IMG/VR virus record: IMGVR_UViG_3300021446_000188
Location: 1-32,332 of that record
Length of the DNA: 32,332 nucleotides
From: a virus
Lineage: Duplodnaviria > Caudoviricetes
Reading direction: 5' to 3' (one strand)
Part shown: positions 23,345 to 32,210 of the stretch, one piece after another
Numbering within the stretch: position 1 is the stretch's first letter
Layout of the letters: the number at the start of each line of letters is the position of its first letter
Notes under the pieces: generated by a model
The model's database searches: none
What the model saw: only the letters and a program-made list of their open reading frames with translations
What the model was told of the DNA's origin: nothing
Position numbers and translations under genes: made by a program

Positions 23345-24895
23345 ATGGCTATCAATAAGTATGTGCTGACAGATTACCACGAGTTTCGCAAACCAGAGTT
23401 CGGGGCGAAAGAATATCACGACTACATTACCGCCAATATTGACGAGTTCGACGCCCGGATCGTCAAGAAAGGCACCACGGCCGACCGTCCCACTGCGGGG
23501 ACCGAGAATCGGTGGTACCTCGCGACCGACGAACCCGCCATCTACTACGACGACGGGAGTGCGTGGCAGTTAGTGGCGGGACGTGACGCCTCCGGCGAGA
23601 CCATGTCGGCCGACGAGTTCCTCGCGACGGCTGACGGCTCGACGACCGACCCGGCGTTCGCGTTCGACGGCGACCAAGACACCGGGCTGTATCGCGTCAG
23701 CGATGGCGTGATCGGCGTAACGACCGGCGGCACGAAAGCTGCCGAGTTCGGTGCCGCCGGCGACGTTACCCTCCCGAACGGCGGGCTCGAAGTCGGCGAT
23801 GGCGACCTCACACTGACGGGGGGGCTCCCCAACATTTCAGGCGTCGACAGTCTCCAGTTCGGCAGTTCTACTGCCGAGATCGAGTTGCCGGCTCATTCTG
23901 GCGCAACCCTGCGTATCGCCTCCCGGGACACGGGATCGACATTGGCGACGTTCTACGCCAATGATACGCTGCCGCGGTTCTTCCTCGGGGTCGACATTCG
24001 CGGCGACATTGTCGACGACACGGCGACCATCTACAACAGCGCGAACAGTTGGGTGCCGTTGTCGGTGCTTGAGGCGACCGACATCACGCTAGACGGCGGC
24101 ACCGGCCTCAAGAACGGCAGTACGGCAACGCTCGGCGGCTCGTTCAGCCTCGACATCGAACCGGCGGACTTCACCGGGGCGTTTCTATCTGATGACGGAG
24201 CGGATGCCCTGCAGGCCAACCTCGGGAACGGCGTCGAAGGTGACGGCAGCGACAACATCCGCGTCGCCGCGGCGACCGTTGCCGGTGCGTTCCTATCGGC
24301 GGGCGCGAACCCCTACCAACTCGCCGTCAACCTCGGGGGGTTCCTCTCTGGCGACGGGAGCGACAACGTCGCGGTGAGCCTCGGGTCAATGCTGACCGGC
24401 GACGGGAGCGACAACATCACGCTCGCGCTGGGCACCGGCATGAAAGACGCAAGCGGCAGTCTCGCGGTTGAGCCCGCTGACTTTGCGGGGACGCTCCTGT
24501 CGGACGACGGCAGCGATACCCTCCAGGTCGACGAAGGCAGCATCTCCCACGACGGGATCGACCAGACGACCGTCGACAGCAGCGACCATCACGTCAAGAC
24601 CGGCGCGTCGACCGGGCTCAATACTGACGGGGACGACCTCGCGGTCGACACCGTCGCGACCGGTACGGCAACGCTCTCGTCGGGGGCGGCCACGATCTCG
24701 ACGGGTGTCACGACGACCGGCACGCACCTTGACGTGTATCTCGACCCCAGCGGCGGCGGCACCAACAGTGCCGACGTGAAGGCGTCGGCGCGGGCGTTCT
24801 GGGACGACAACGCTGGCGAGTACAAAGTCGAGATCCTCGAAGACGGGACGAGCGTCGGCAACCCCGATATCGGCTACCGGGTGGTGGGTGCCTGA
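23345..24895 (+). CDS. Tail fibre-like protein (516 aa) with DGSDNI repeats
   Basis: N-terminal RP.AG...WYLATD...YYDDGSAW domain, DGSTTDPAFAFDGDQDTGLY fibre motif, repeated GDGSDN and EPADF.G..LSDDG units; GGAGGTGA at 23334-23341. Confidence 0.75.
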   Translation: MAINKYVLTDYHEFRKPEFGAKEYHDYITANIDEFDARIVKKGTTADRPTAGTENRWYLATDEPAIYYDDGSAWQLVAGRDASGETMSADEFLATADGSTTDPAFAFDGDQDTGLYRVSDGVIGVTTGGTKAAEFGAAGDVTLPNGGLEVGDGDLTLTGGLPNISGVDSLQFGSSTAEIELPAHSGATLRIASRDTGSTLATFYANDTLPRFFLGVDIRGDIVDDTATIYNSANSWVPLSVLEATDITLDGGTGLKNGSTATLGGSFSLDIEPADFTGAFLSDDGADALQANLGNGVEGDGSDNIRVAAATVAGAFLSAGANPYQLAVNLGGFLSGDGSDNVAVSLGSMLTGDGSDNITLALGTGMKDASGSLAVEPADFAGTLLSDDGSDTLQVDEGSISHDGIDQTTVDSSDHHVKTGASTGLNTDGDDLAVDTVATGTATLSSGAATISTGVTTTGTHLDVYLDPSGGGTNSADVKASARAFWDDNAGEYKVEILEDGTSVGNPDIGYRVVGA

Positions 24896-25548
24896 TGCTG
24901 TACGGTGATATTGAGGGGCGACTCTCGGGCGGCGGGACGGCCCTCATCGACTCGTTTGAAGACGGCAACACGGACGAGTACACGATCGCGTATGGCAGCA
25001 GTTCCGACTTCACCGTTGTCGATGAGACGGACGTCACGCCATCGGCACGGGACGGGTCGAAGCTGCTGGAGGTCTCACACGACAACTCGTCGCAGACGTA
25101 CGTCGCTATCGGGTCGTCGTCCGGGCTCAATAACTACCCGCAAAAAGGCGACGCGATCGACTACTGGCTGTACTCGGGCGACTGGTCGGGGATCGACTTT
25201 TCGGGGTTTACCCACTGCTGGCAGGATGCTGATAATCGGTTTCGGACGCGGGTCGAGTCCGGCAGGCTCAAAATCGTGCTCGAATCGGGCGGGACGCTGG
25301 CCACCAACACTGCGTCGTTCGCGGTCAGCGACAGCACGTGGTACCGCGTTACCGTCACATGGGACGACGGCGCGACGTTCGGCGGCAATGATGGTGAGCA
25401 AACGGCTACTGTGTACGACAGTAGTGGCACACAACAGGCCCAAACCTCCCTCACTGACGCGTCCTTGACCGGCCCGGACGAGATTCGCTGGTTTATGCAG
25501 TCCGACGGGTCGAGTTACAGCACCTTCTTCGACTACGCGCACCTGTAG
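24895..25548 (+). CDS. Lectin/concanavalin-like adhesin (217 aa)
   Basis: IDSFEDG start, all-beta and aromatic-rich, TWYRVTVTW...FFDY end; TGATG coupling to the fibre gene. Confidence 0.6.
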   Translation: MLYGDIEGRLSGGGTALIDSFEDGNTDEYTIAYGSSSDFTVVDETDVTPSARDGSKLLEVSHDNSSQTYVAIGSSSGLNNYPQKGDAIDYWLYSGDWSGIDFSGFTHCWQDADNRFRTRVESGRLKIVLESGGTLATNTASFAVSDSTWYRVTVTWDDGATFGGNDGEQTATVYDSSGTQQAQTSLTDASLTGPDEIRWFMQSDGSSYSTFFDYAHL

Positions 25549-25550
25549 CC

Positions 25551-27053
25551 ATGCTCAGCATCAAAGACGCCTATATCGACGTGCATCTGTCGGAGACGGG
25601 CGCAGGTGTCGATTTCACCATCCCCGGCGGCGATATCGAGCGCATCGAGCACAGCCGCCGGATCAACCGGCGGAAGGACGAAGGCGAGATCGTCCTCCAC
25701 AACCACGACGGGAGCTACAGCACCGACGACACGCAGATCACGCTGGGCGACCGTCTCGACGTGTATGTCGCGCCGGAGGGAGCCCCGACTGCGTGGGGGC
25801 GTGGCGGTTGGGGCTACGGCGGGTGGGGCGGCCATCGGCTACTGTGGTCGGCCATCGTCCAGGACCCGACGTACCGCCGCGAGAGCGCGGCCCGGTCGTT
25901 TCTCGACCTTGAGTGTACGGACTTCGTGTTCGGCATCCTGGCCGAGCGCACCGTCTTCGATTCGTTCGACCAAGTGCCGATCAGCGGCAGCGACGACGCC
26001 ATCCTCAATCAGGTGGTACGTCGGGAGGCCCCGGCGATCGACCTGCGGCATGTCGCGGACGTTGGCGAGACGACATCGGTCACCGCCGGCGGCACCGACC
26101 TGCTGGAGTTCGTCATCAAGCTGGCACGGCGTTGCGACGCCGTCATGTATGGCTACCGCGACCGCCTCGTGTTCGACCGCGTCGACACCATCGCCCGGGA
26201 GTTCGTCGTTGACCCCGACACGGACATCGGCCCGGTCGAGGTGCCGTTCAAAGGCGGGAGCGTCAAAAACGAGATCCGCGTCGACGGCTCAACCGACCAC
26301 CGCCCGTACAGCAAGGCCACGCAGACGACACAGGACGGCTACACGACGGTTACGCAGGACGCGCGGGCAACGGTCGCGGTCGAACTCCCGAAGAGCCGGA
26401 TGGAGCGGCTCGAACTCTGGACGAACCCCACCGACAGTCGGGAGTCGATCACCGTGCGGCTGCAAGCCGATGACGGCGGCGCGCCGGTTGATGCGACCGA
26501 CACCGAACTCGACATCGACAGCACGCAGTTGAGCCACGAGTTCCTCGCCGCCGACGGCTTCACAGACTTCGTCCTCAACGACCACACGCTCCCGGACGCG
26601 GCCAACACCTGGGTTATCGTCGAGACCGACGGTCCCGACGGCCAAGCGATCGGCATCGACACGGCCACGGGAACGCCAGCGTACAAGGCACACTACCCGT
26701 TCCCTGTGACGACGCAGGTACTCGACACCGACAGCATCGGCCAGTACCGCAAGCGCGAGCAAAACATCAGCCAAGACAACCTCGACACGCTTGACGCCGC
26801 CCAGGAGTTGGCCGGGGAGGCGCTCGCCCATCGCGCCGAGCCAGAACACGAGGTCAACACCGACGCCGTCTCGCGGCGCGCGCACCGTCTCGATCCCGGC
26901 GAGGTCATCGCGTTCGGCGGGGAGCAGGGGGGCCAGTCCGGGCTTGACCGCGAGCGGGTAAACGGCGATTACATGATCACCGAACTGACCGAGACCCTTG
27001 ACGGCGTGACGCTGACGGCGTCACTGTCCGCACAGGAGACGAGCAACATCTAG
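25551..27053 (+). CDS. Baseplate hub / tail-tip protein (500 aa)
   Basis: Hub-like layout (NHDGSY...LGDRLDVY; NEIRVDG; DSIGQY; LDPGEVI) with a WGRGGWGYGGWGG loop. Confidence 0.7.
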   Translation: MLSIKDAYIDVHLSETGAGVDFTIPGGDIERIEHSRRINRRKDEGEIVLHNHDGSYSTDDTQITLGDRLDVYVAPEGAPTAWGRGGWGYGGWGGHRLLWSAIVQDPTYRRESAARSFLDLECTDFVFGILAERTVFDSFDQVPISGSDDAILNQVVRREAPAIDLRHVADVGETTSVTAGGTDLLEFVIKLARRCDAVMYGYRDRLVFDRVDTIAREFVVDPDTDIGPVEVPFKGGSVKNEIRVDGSTDHRPYSKATQTTQDGYTTVTQDARATVAVELPKSRMERLELWTNPTDSRESITVRLQADDGGAPVDATDTELDIDSTQLSHEFLAADGFTDFVLNDHTLPDAANTWVIVETDGPDGQAIGIDTATGTPAYKAHYPFPVTTQVLDTDSIGQYRKREQNISQDNLDTLDAAQELAGEALAHRAEPEHEVNTDAVSRRAHRLDPGEVIAFGGEQGGQSGLDRERVNGDYMITELTETLDGVTLTASLSAQETSNI

Positions 27054-27055
27054 CC

Positions 27056-27274
27056 ATGAGCAACAGCTTTGAGGAGGCGGCGCTGATCCTCCGCGAGATC
27101 AAGGAAGACATCGACCGACGCAAGGAGCGCCGGTCGCGCGGCGGGCCCGTGAACGTGTTCCGCGGGTCGACAGCCAGCAGCCGTAGCGCCGCCAGCACGA
27201 CTACGAGCACCGACTCCGCCGGGTCCTGGACCTGGGGCAGTAGCGAGTACGACCACGACGAGCTGGGTGACTAA
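27056..27274 (+). CDS. Small baseplate protein (72 aa)
   Basis: Tightly packed in the tail module; C-terminal WTWGSSEY. Confidence 0.65.
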   Translation: MSNSFEEAALILREIKEDIDRRKERRSRGGPVNVFRGSTASSRSAASTTTSTDSAGSWTWGSSEYDHDELGD

Positions 27275-27277
27275 TCG

Positions 27278-27673
27278 ATGACTGCCTGCGTCGGCTGGCA
27301 CGAACTGTTAGTCCGCCTCGCAGACCCCGAAGACGATCTGTCGAGCGCGGACATCACCTACCGGCTGGCGGTTGGGACCGACGACACGACGAGTCCGGCC
27401 TACGGCAACACCAGTCTGAACAACGAGGTGTCCCGGACCGACGTCACCGACTTCATCAACGAGGAATCGGATCTGTTCACCTCGACGTTTTTGGACAGCA
27501 CCGAAGCCAACGATCACGCCATCGTTGAAGCGGGCGTGGTCGCTGTCGTCCCGAGCGAGAACACCGAATACCTATGCGCTCATGAACTCATCAACGCCAT
27601 CAACAAGACCAGCGGCAAGACCGCGACGATCGAGCAGACGCTCGCGAACAACAACGACCCGAACGATGCCTGA
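27278..27673 (+). CDS. Baseplate / fibre-attachment protein (131 aa)
   Basis: LAVGTDDTT.P...TSLNNEVSR...EAN...IVEAG...INKTS resembles phage tail-collar/baseplate domains. Confidence 0.7.
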   Translation: MTACVGWHELLVRLADPEDDLSSADITYRLAVGTDDTTSPAYGNTSLNNEVSRTDVTDFINEESDLFTSTFLDSTEANDHAIVEAGVVAVVPSENTEYLCAHELINAINKTSGKTATIEQTLANNNDPNDA

Positions 27674-27803
27674 CGAGACCGACGACTTCTACGAGGAGTG
27701 GCGTGCGTTTTACGAGTGTTTCACCGCGGCCACCGACACAGAGGTCGAATTGACGGAGTCCACGGCTCGTGTCGCCCGGAAAGTGGCTTACCTCCCTGAC
27801 TGA
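27666..27803 (+). CDS. Small hypothetical protein (45 aa, MPDETDDFYEEW...)
   Basis: 8-nt overlap with the upstream gene; stop 2 nt before the next ATG. Confidence 0.6.
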   Translation: MPDETDDFYEEWRAFYECFTAATDTEVELTESTARVARKVAYLPD

Positions 27804-27805
27804 CC

Positions 27806-29323
27806 ATGACAGACGACGTTGATCCCTCAAAAGGCGCGGACGGCGTCGCCTTCGCGGTCGCACAGGCGATCCAGCAACACGGCGCAGTCGGGGACGGCTG
27901 GATCGTCCCCGAGACGGACTCGTACGCCACCGACGACACGGCGACGAAAACAAGCAGTGGCACCAAAGGGGCGTTCGCGACGGTCGGCGACAGCGGCCTT
28001 GACATCACGTTCGATACCGGCGAGGCGTTTGTCGGCGGGTCGTGGCTCTGTACGGACACGCAGACGACGGTGACGCTCGCCGATAACACGACCGGCCAGA
28101 CGATCGAACTCGGATGGGATGCCGACGCCGGCGAGACCGTCCTCATCGGCGAGCGCGGGACGACTGTCGGCGATAGCTTCGCCTCACGAGACCCCTCGAT
28201 CCCGCTGTACACCCTCGACACCGATGCGGGGGCTATCGTCTCGAAGACCGACGAGCGCACGGTTGGGAAGACGACGCAACTCGGCGCGGCGTCCCTCGAT
28301 GCTGAGTCCGAACTGGCACGGTTTCTGATGACCGCCGCCGGTGACGCGCGGGGGTCACCCGGCAACGCGACGAACGAGGTCTGGCGGGCTGGGTCGTCGA
28401 CATCGGACCTCCTGTTGACCGTCAACGCCGACGGCCGCATGGCGCTGGCGTGGAACGCCTATTACGACGGCAGTGACTGGCGGTATATCGTCGACGACGA
28501 GTTCGCGTTTCGGCTCGCGTTCGGTGTTGGCATCAACAACGACGACGCGGGGATCTACGTCGCGGGGAGCGGCAACGCCGACGACCCGGTCTCTTGGAGC
28601 CAGGCCATGGCCGTGGACCACCTGGATGGCTGGCGGGACGGTGCGGGCAACTTGGTGTACGATTCGGCCGCCGACGAGGTGCCGCAGGCCCGTCTCGGCG
28701 GCCCCGCGTCGTCGCTGTCGCAGTACCCCCTTCCGGCCGGCGATATCGACGACGGCAGTGGGAACGGGTTGGACGCCGACACGGTCGATGGGAAGGAGGC
28801 GTCGGAACTCGAAGGCGGGAGCGGGGAGTGGACGCTGCTTGACAGCCACTCCGATACGGATAGCTCGACAACGATCGACTACGACAGCGGCACGCTGTCG
28901 ACGACGTACGACCTCTATCGGGTCGTCCTCCACTACCACTCCCACGGCGGGTCAACGTATGACTTCAACGAGGGGCGGTTCCGGATCAACAATCGCTCGA
29001 CATCGAACTACCAGATGACGAATATCGCGGGCGGCAACACTGTCACGCAGACGAACAAGCCCCACTGGGAGAACCTCGGGAAAGTCGAGAACAGCAAGGA
29101 CCGCGACGGGGTGGCCGACGTGGTCATCCGCGGCACGTCGCCGGCGTCGTCGGCGAGCAGTCAGCATCCGACGGTCTCGGCCCGGCACTGCGCGGGGACG
29201 TTCGACACGTTCCAACTCAACAACGGCACGTTCCGCGAGGATATCGAGGTCGTCGACCAAGTTGAGGTGTGGACGATCGGCGACGCGGTCGGCGAGGTCC
29301 GGCTGCACGGCCGTGACCGCTAA
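27806..29323 (+). CDS. Tail fibre / receptor-binding protein (505 aa)
   Basis: N-terminal anchor (LDITFDTGEAFVGG), GLDADTVDGKEASEL fibre linker, C-terminal beta domain (WTLL...STTYDLYRVV...NN...SNY); last late gene. Confidence 0.75.
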   Translation: MTDDVDPSKGADGVAFAVAQAIQQHGAVGDGWIVPETDSYATDDTATKTSSGTKGAFATVGDSGLDITFDTGEAFVGGSWLCTDTQTTVTLADNTTGQTIELGWDADAGETVLIGERGTTVGDSFASRDPSIPLYTLDTDAGAIVSKTDERTVGKTTQLGAASLDAESELARFLMTAAGDARGSPGNATNEVWRAGSSTSDLLLTVNADGRMALAWNAYYDGSDWRYIVDDEFAFRLAFGVGINNDDAGIYVAGSGNADDPVSWSQAMAVDHLDGWRDGAGNLVYDSAADEVPQARLGGPASSLSQYPLPAGDIDDGSGNGLDADTVDGKEASELEGGSGEWTLLDSHSDTDSSTTIDYDSGTLSTTYDLYRVVLHYHSHGGSTYDFNEGRFRINNRSTSNYQMTNIAGGNTVTQTNKPHWENLGKVENSKDRDGVADVVIRGTSPASSASSQHPTVSARHCAGTFDTFQLNNGTFREDIEVVDQVEVWTIGDAVGEVRLHGRDR

Positions 29324-29429
29324 GCGACGACTCCTTTTCGAGTGGTGTTCGGTGTGGTACTGCACTGGACAGCGGCGGCGCTGCCCAGCACCGAGCGCGA
29401 CGGCTACTCGGCCGCGTCGTCTTGCTGAC

Positions 29430-29714
29430 TCATTGGTCGGCCTCTCGGACCGCGTCGAGCGTGTAACTCGTGTCGGGCGTCATCGGGCTCGTGTGCGCGC
29501 TGACCTCGGCCACCAGCTCCGCGTCGGCGTCCGCAAGGTCGGCCAGGTCGTCGGCGAGTTCTGCTTGGACCTTTGAGGTGCTCGGATTCTCGGGGATCTC
29601 GAACTCGGGCTTCTCTGCGTGGTCAACAGTGACGACCCACCGCCCCTTACCTTCGGGCTTCCACGGCTTCGTTTCGAGTTCGATGCTGACAACGTCGCAA
29701 GCCTGTTTCGTCAT
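29430..29714 (-). CDS. Hypothetical protein (94 aa)
   Basis: ATG directly downstream of promoter repeat copy 1; acidic. Confidence 0.75.
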   Translation of the reverse strand: MTKQACDVVSIELETKPWKPEGKGRWVVTVDHAEKPEFEIPENPSTSKVQAELADDLADLADADAELVAEVSAHTSPMTPDTSYTLDAVREADQ

Positions 29715-29716
29715 TG

Positions 29717-29791
29717 GTGTCCCCCTCTACACTAACGTAGGGCAGGGTACTACTTAACTCTTGCCCTACAAGGTTGTAGTGTGGGGGTTAA
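29717..29791 (-). repeat. 75-bp promoter/operator repeat, copy 1
   Basis: 70/75 identical to 32007-32081; TTAAGTA box on the minus strand flanked by gtagggca/tgccctac inverted arms. Confidence 0.95.
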
Positions 29792-30285
29792 TTGGAGTTG
29801 CGCCCTCGCGACAGCCACGCCTCAGCCCAGGCTTCGACGCGCTCAAGCTCGATGCGGTCGGCCTCGAAGCCGTCGGGGCGTGCCTCCATCCGCGCCTCCG
29901 GGACTCCCTGATCGACGGCTTCGGTCGTGTACCACTCCGCGGAGATGTCTTCGTAGCGCTCGCCGTAGGCGGAGGCAGGCGGCGCGTCGTCGATGTAGAC
30001 GAGTGTCGGCTTGCCGTACTGGATCGACGACACGAGGATCGTCGTTGCCGCCAGCCCGAGGTAGCCCTCCAGCGAGAGCATGAGACCAAATCCAGACTGA
30101 GTTTCTGTGCCGGCGAGCTCGAAGCCCTCGTAGTGGACGCTGTAGTCCCGCTGGAGCATGGTTAGCCCGCCGGGGTTGATCTCCGAGCTGTCGCCGTAGT
30201 CAATGCGGATCTCCCCGCCGGCCTCGATGAGCAACTCACGCAGGTCGTCGGCGGGCTCGTAGTCGGCGTCGGTGTACTGTGCCAT
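29788..30285 (-). CDS. Hypothetical acidic protein (165 aa)
   Basis: Starts 2 nt after the upstream stop; TAA stop lies inside repeat copy 1. Confidence 0.8.
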   Translation of the reverse strand: MAQYTDADYEPADDLRELLIEAGGEIRIDYGDSSEINPGGLTMLQRDYSVHYEGFELAGTETQSGFGLMLSLEGYLGLAATTILVSSIQYGKPTLVYIDDAPPASAYGERYEDISAEWYTTEAVDQGVPEARMEARPDGFEADRIELERVEAWAEAWLSRGRNSN

Positions 30286-30287
30286 CG

Positions 30288-30548
30288 CTACAGCTCCGGC
30301 CCGTGCTCAACGAGCCACTCGGCTTGGGGGCGATCCTCCTCTCGATAGCGTTTGATGTGGTTGCTGATCGATCCTGAGCTACTGTACCCTATGCTGTCCG
30401 CGATGTCTTGCTGCGAGTAGCCCGCGGCGGCCATCGCGACGACCCTGGCCCGCGTCTCCGCAACTCCTCCTCGCTCGTGGAGTTGCTCGGCGAGCGCTTC
30501 CCAATCGTCCGGTTCTTCGCCATTAGTGTTTGTCTCAGTCTCGGTCAT
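30288..30548 (-). CDS. HTH DNA-binding protein (LuxR/sigma-4-like, 86 aa)
   Basis: RARVVAMAAAGYSQQDIADSIGYSSSGSISNHIKR; start MTETET at 30548. Confidence 0.8.
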   Translation of the reverse strand: MTETETNTNGEEPDDWEALAEQLHERGGVAETRARVVAMAAAGYSQQDIADSIGYSSSGSISNHIKRYREEDRPQAEWLVEHGPEL

Positions 30549-30553
30549 GTGTA

Positions 30554-32005
30554 TCAGCCGTAGTACGGCTTGTCTGCCTCTTCGTCGATGTGGATAGTGA
30601 CTTCGTAGTAGTCCCACGCATCGCCCGGCAACTTGGCGAGCCGCCCGAGCAAACTCTCGTAATCGGTAAATTTGTCCTTCCAGTCAGCTTCGTCGGCGCG
30701 CTCGCGCGCTTCGCCCGGCGCTGCGGCGAGCACTCGCTGCCGGCCGCTCGGGAGCCCGGACTGCCAGCGGGACTCCCGGAGCGCGCGCTCAATGAGGTCA
30801 GCCTCCTCGTCGCGGTCGAAGACGTAGCCGATGCCAGTGGCCCGTAACCTGTCTGCGATATCGGCAGCCGTCCTGTCGGCGACCGAAACGCGGACGGTAT
30901 GGACGCCGTCGGCGTCCTGAAGCAGATCCGTCACGGCCGCTGCGACGTGGTAGGGGTTGCGGCCGGGCGCGTAGACCCGCCAGTCCCGACTCCGCGCGTA
31001 ACCCTCATTTTGAACCGCCGCGCTGAAATCGACGGGGATGCGGCCGCCCTCGCGTGTGACGACGTCCGCAATCTGAGCCGTCAGCGGATCGTCACTGCTG
31101 TCGCGAGCGTAGACGCCGTCCCCCCGCGGGTCCTCGGGGTTGGCCTCGCGGTAGTCCGCAGTCGTCTCGGGCTGGTAGCCCGCCAGCGGCTCGTCAACAT
31201 CGCCATCATCGTGGAGGTCGTCGTAGCCCCCTTCTGCGACGCCGAGGCGTGCGATCCACTCACTGCCGGTGGCCTTGAGTGCCCGGCGGGGGACCTGGGG
31301 TTTGAGGCTGACGTAGCCGATCGTATCGTCGTTGCCTCCGGTCCCGACCACCATCCCGACGCCGAGGAGCTCGTCCTTGTACCACCCCCGGCCCTCGTAC
31401 GGCGTCTGGGCCTCGTCCCCGGAGACGATCCGGCGCGTGCCGTTACGGCTGGGTTCGCCGCCGGCGACCTTATCCCAGTCCGTATAGCTGTTGCCGCCGT
31501 CCGTGACCGTACCGCCGTCGGTCGCGACCGGTTGCGGGACATCGGGTGTCTCCGGCGTGTGGTCGTCGTCACCCGTCGCGTCGCTCGCTTCGTCGCCGTG
31601 GACCATGCCCTCGTGGACGGCCAGCCCATGCGCGTTGTCGAACGTCTTGCCACAAGTCTCGCAGTCGTGAGTCTGGGCCTCGCTGTCGGCGTCGATCGTC
31701 ACGACCGTCGCGTCAAGCGCGCGCTCGACCTGGTCGCGGTCGATCTCACAGAGGTCGCCGCCAGCGACGACGTAGTACTTGCGGCCCTTCTCGCGGCCGC
31801 CGTGGCTGTGCCAGCACACCTCAACGATGCCGCCGTCGGCGACAGCCACCGTCTCCGTGCCGCGCCCGTACGGGCTGATAAAGTCGCGGTCAAGGTCGTA
31901 CTGGTCGTCGGTGTCAGTGACCCGCGCGACCCACTGCTTGTTGCCCTTGGTGATCTCGATGGTCAGTTCATCAGCGTCGTCGATGGTGAGGTCAGGCTGT
32001 CCCAT
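30554..32005 (-). CDS. Mosaic protein with a C2H2 zinc finger (483 aa)
   Basis: N-terminal KQWVARVT...YDLDRDFI domain, CETCGKTFDNAHGLAVHEGMVH finger, VATDGG linker, uncharacterised C-terminal domains. Confidence 0.85.
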   Translation of the reverse strand: MGQPDLTIDDADELTIEITKGNKQWVARVTDTDDQYDLDRDFISPYGRGTETVAVADGGIVEVCWHSHGGREKGRKYYVVAGGDLCEIDRDQVERALDATVVTIDADSEAQTHDCETCGKTFDNAHGLAVHEGMVHGDEASDATGDDDHTPETPDVPQPVATDGGTVTDGGNSYTDWDKVAGGEPSRNGTRRIVSGDEAQTPYEGRGWYKDELLGVGMVVGTGGNDDTIGYVSLKPQVPRRALKATGSEWIARLGVAEGGYDDLHDDGDVDEPLAGYQPETTADYREANPEDPRGDGVYARDSSDDPLTAQIADVVTREGGRIPVDFSAAVQNEGYARSRDWRVYAPGRNPYHVAAAVTDLLQDADGVHTVRVSVADRTAADIADRLRATGIGYVFDRDEEADLIERALRESRWQSGLPSGRQRVLAAAPGEARERADEADWKDKFTDYESLLGRLAKLPGDAWDYYEVTIHIDEEADKPYYG

Positions 32006-32006
32006 T

Positions 32007-32081
32007 GTGTCTCCCTCTACACTAACGTAGGGCGGGGTACTACTTAACTCTTGCCCTACGGGATTGTAGTGTGGGGGTTAA
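32007..32081 (-). repeat. 75-bp promoter/operator repeat, copy 2
   Basis: Same position relative to ATG 32005; inverted arms cgtagggc/gccctacg. Confidence 0.95.
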
Positions 32082-32210
32082 ATGACTGCGGTGCCCAATA
32101 TCTTTTTGTGGTCCCGGCGATCAAACCGAACCGCTTCAGACGGCGCTGTAGAGCGGTTGAAGTTGGCGTCCCCACCACACGATGCGGTTTCAGACGGACT
32201 CTTGTGAGGG

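Noticed and set aside
23345-29323. Invertible tail-fibre segment or diversity-generating retroelement
   Set aside because: No recombinase or reverse transcriptase gene, no inverted fibre copy, and no TR/VR pair seen; the repeats are in-frame protein repeats
29717-32081. 75-bp repeats as CRISPR repeats, attL/attR or genome terminal repeats
   Set aside because: Only two copies, 2.3 kb apart, each placed as a promoter before an ATG; no cas or integrase genes; virus-like genes continue beyond them
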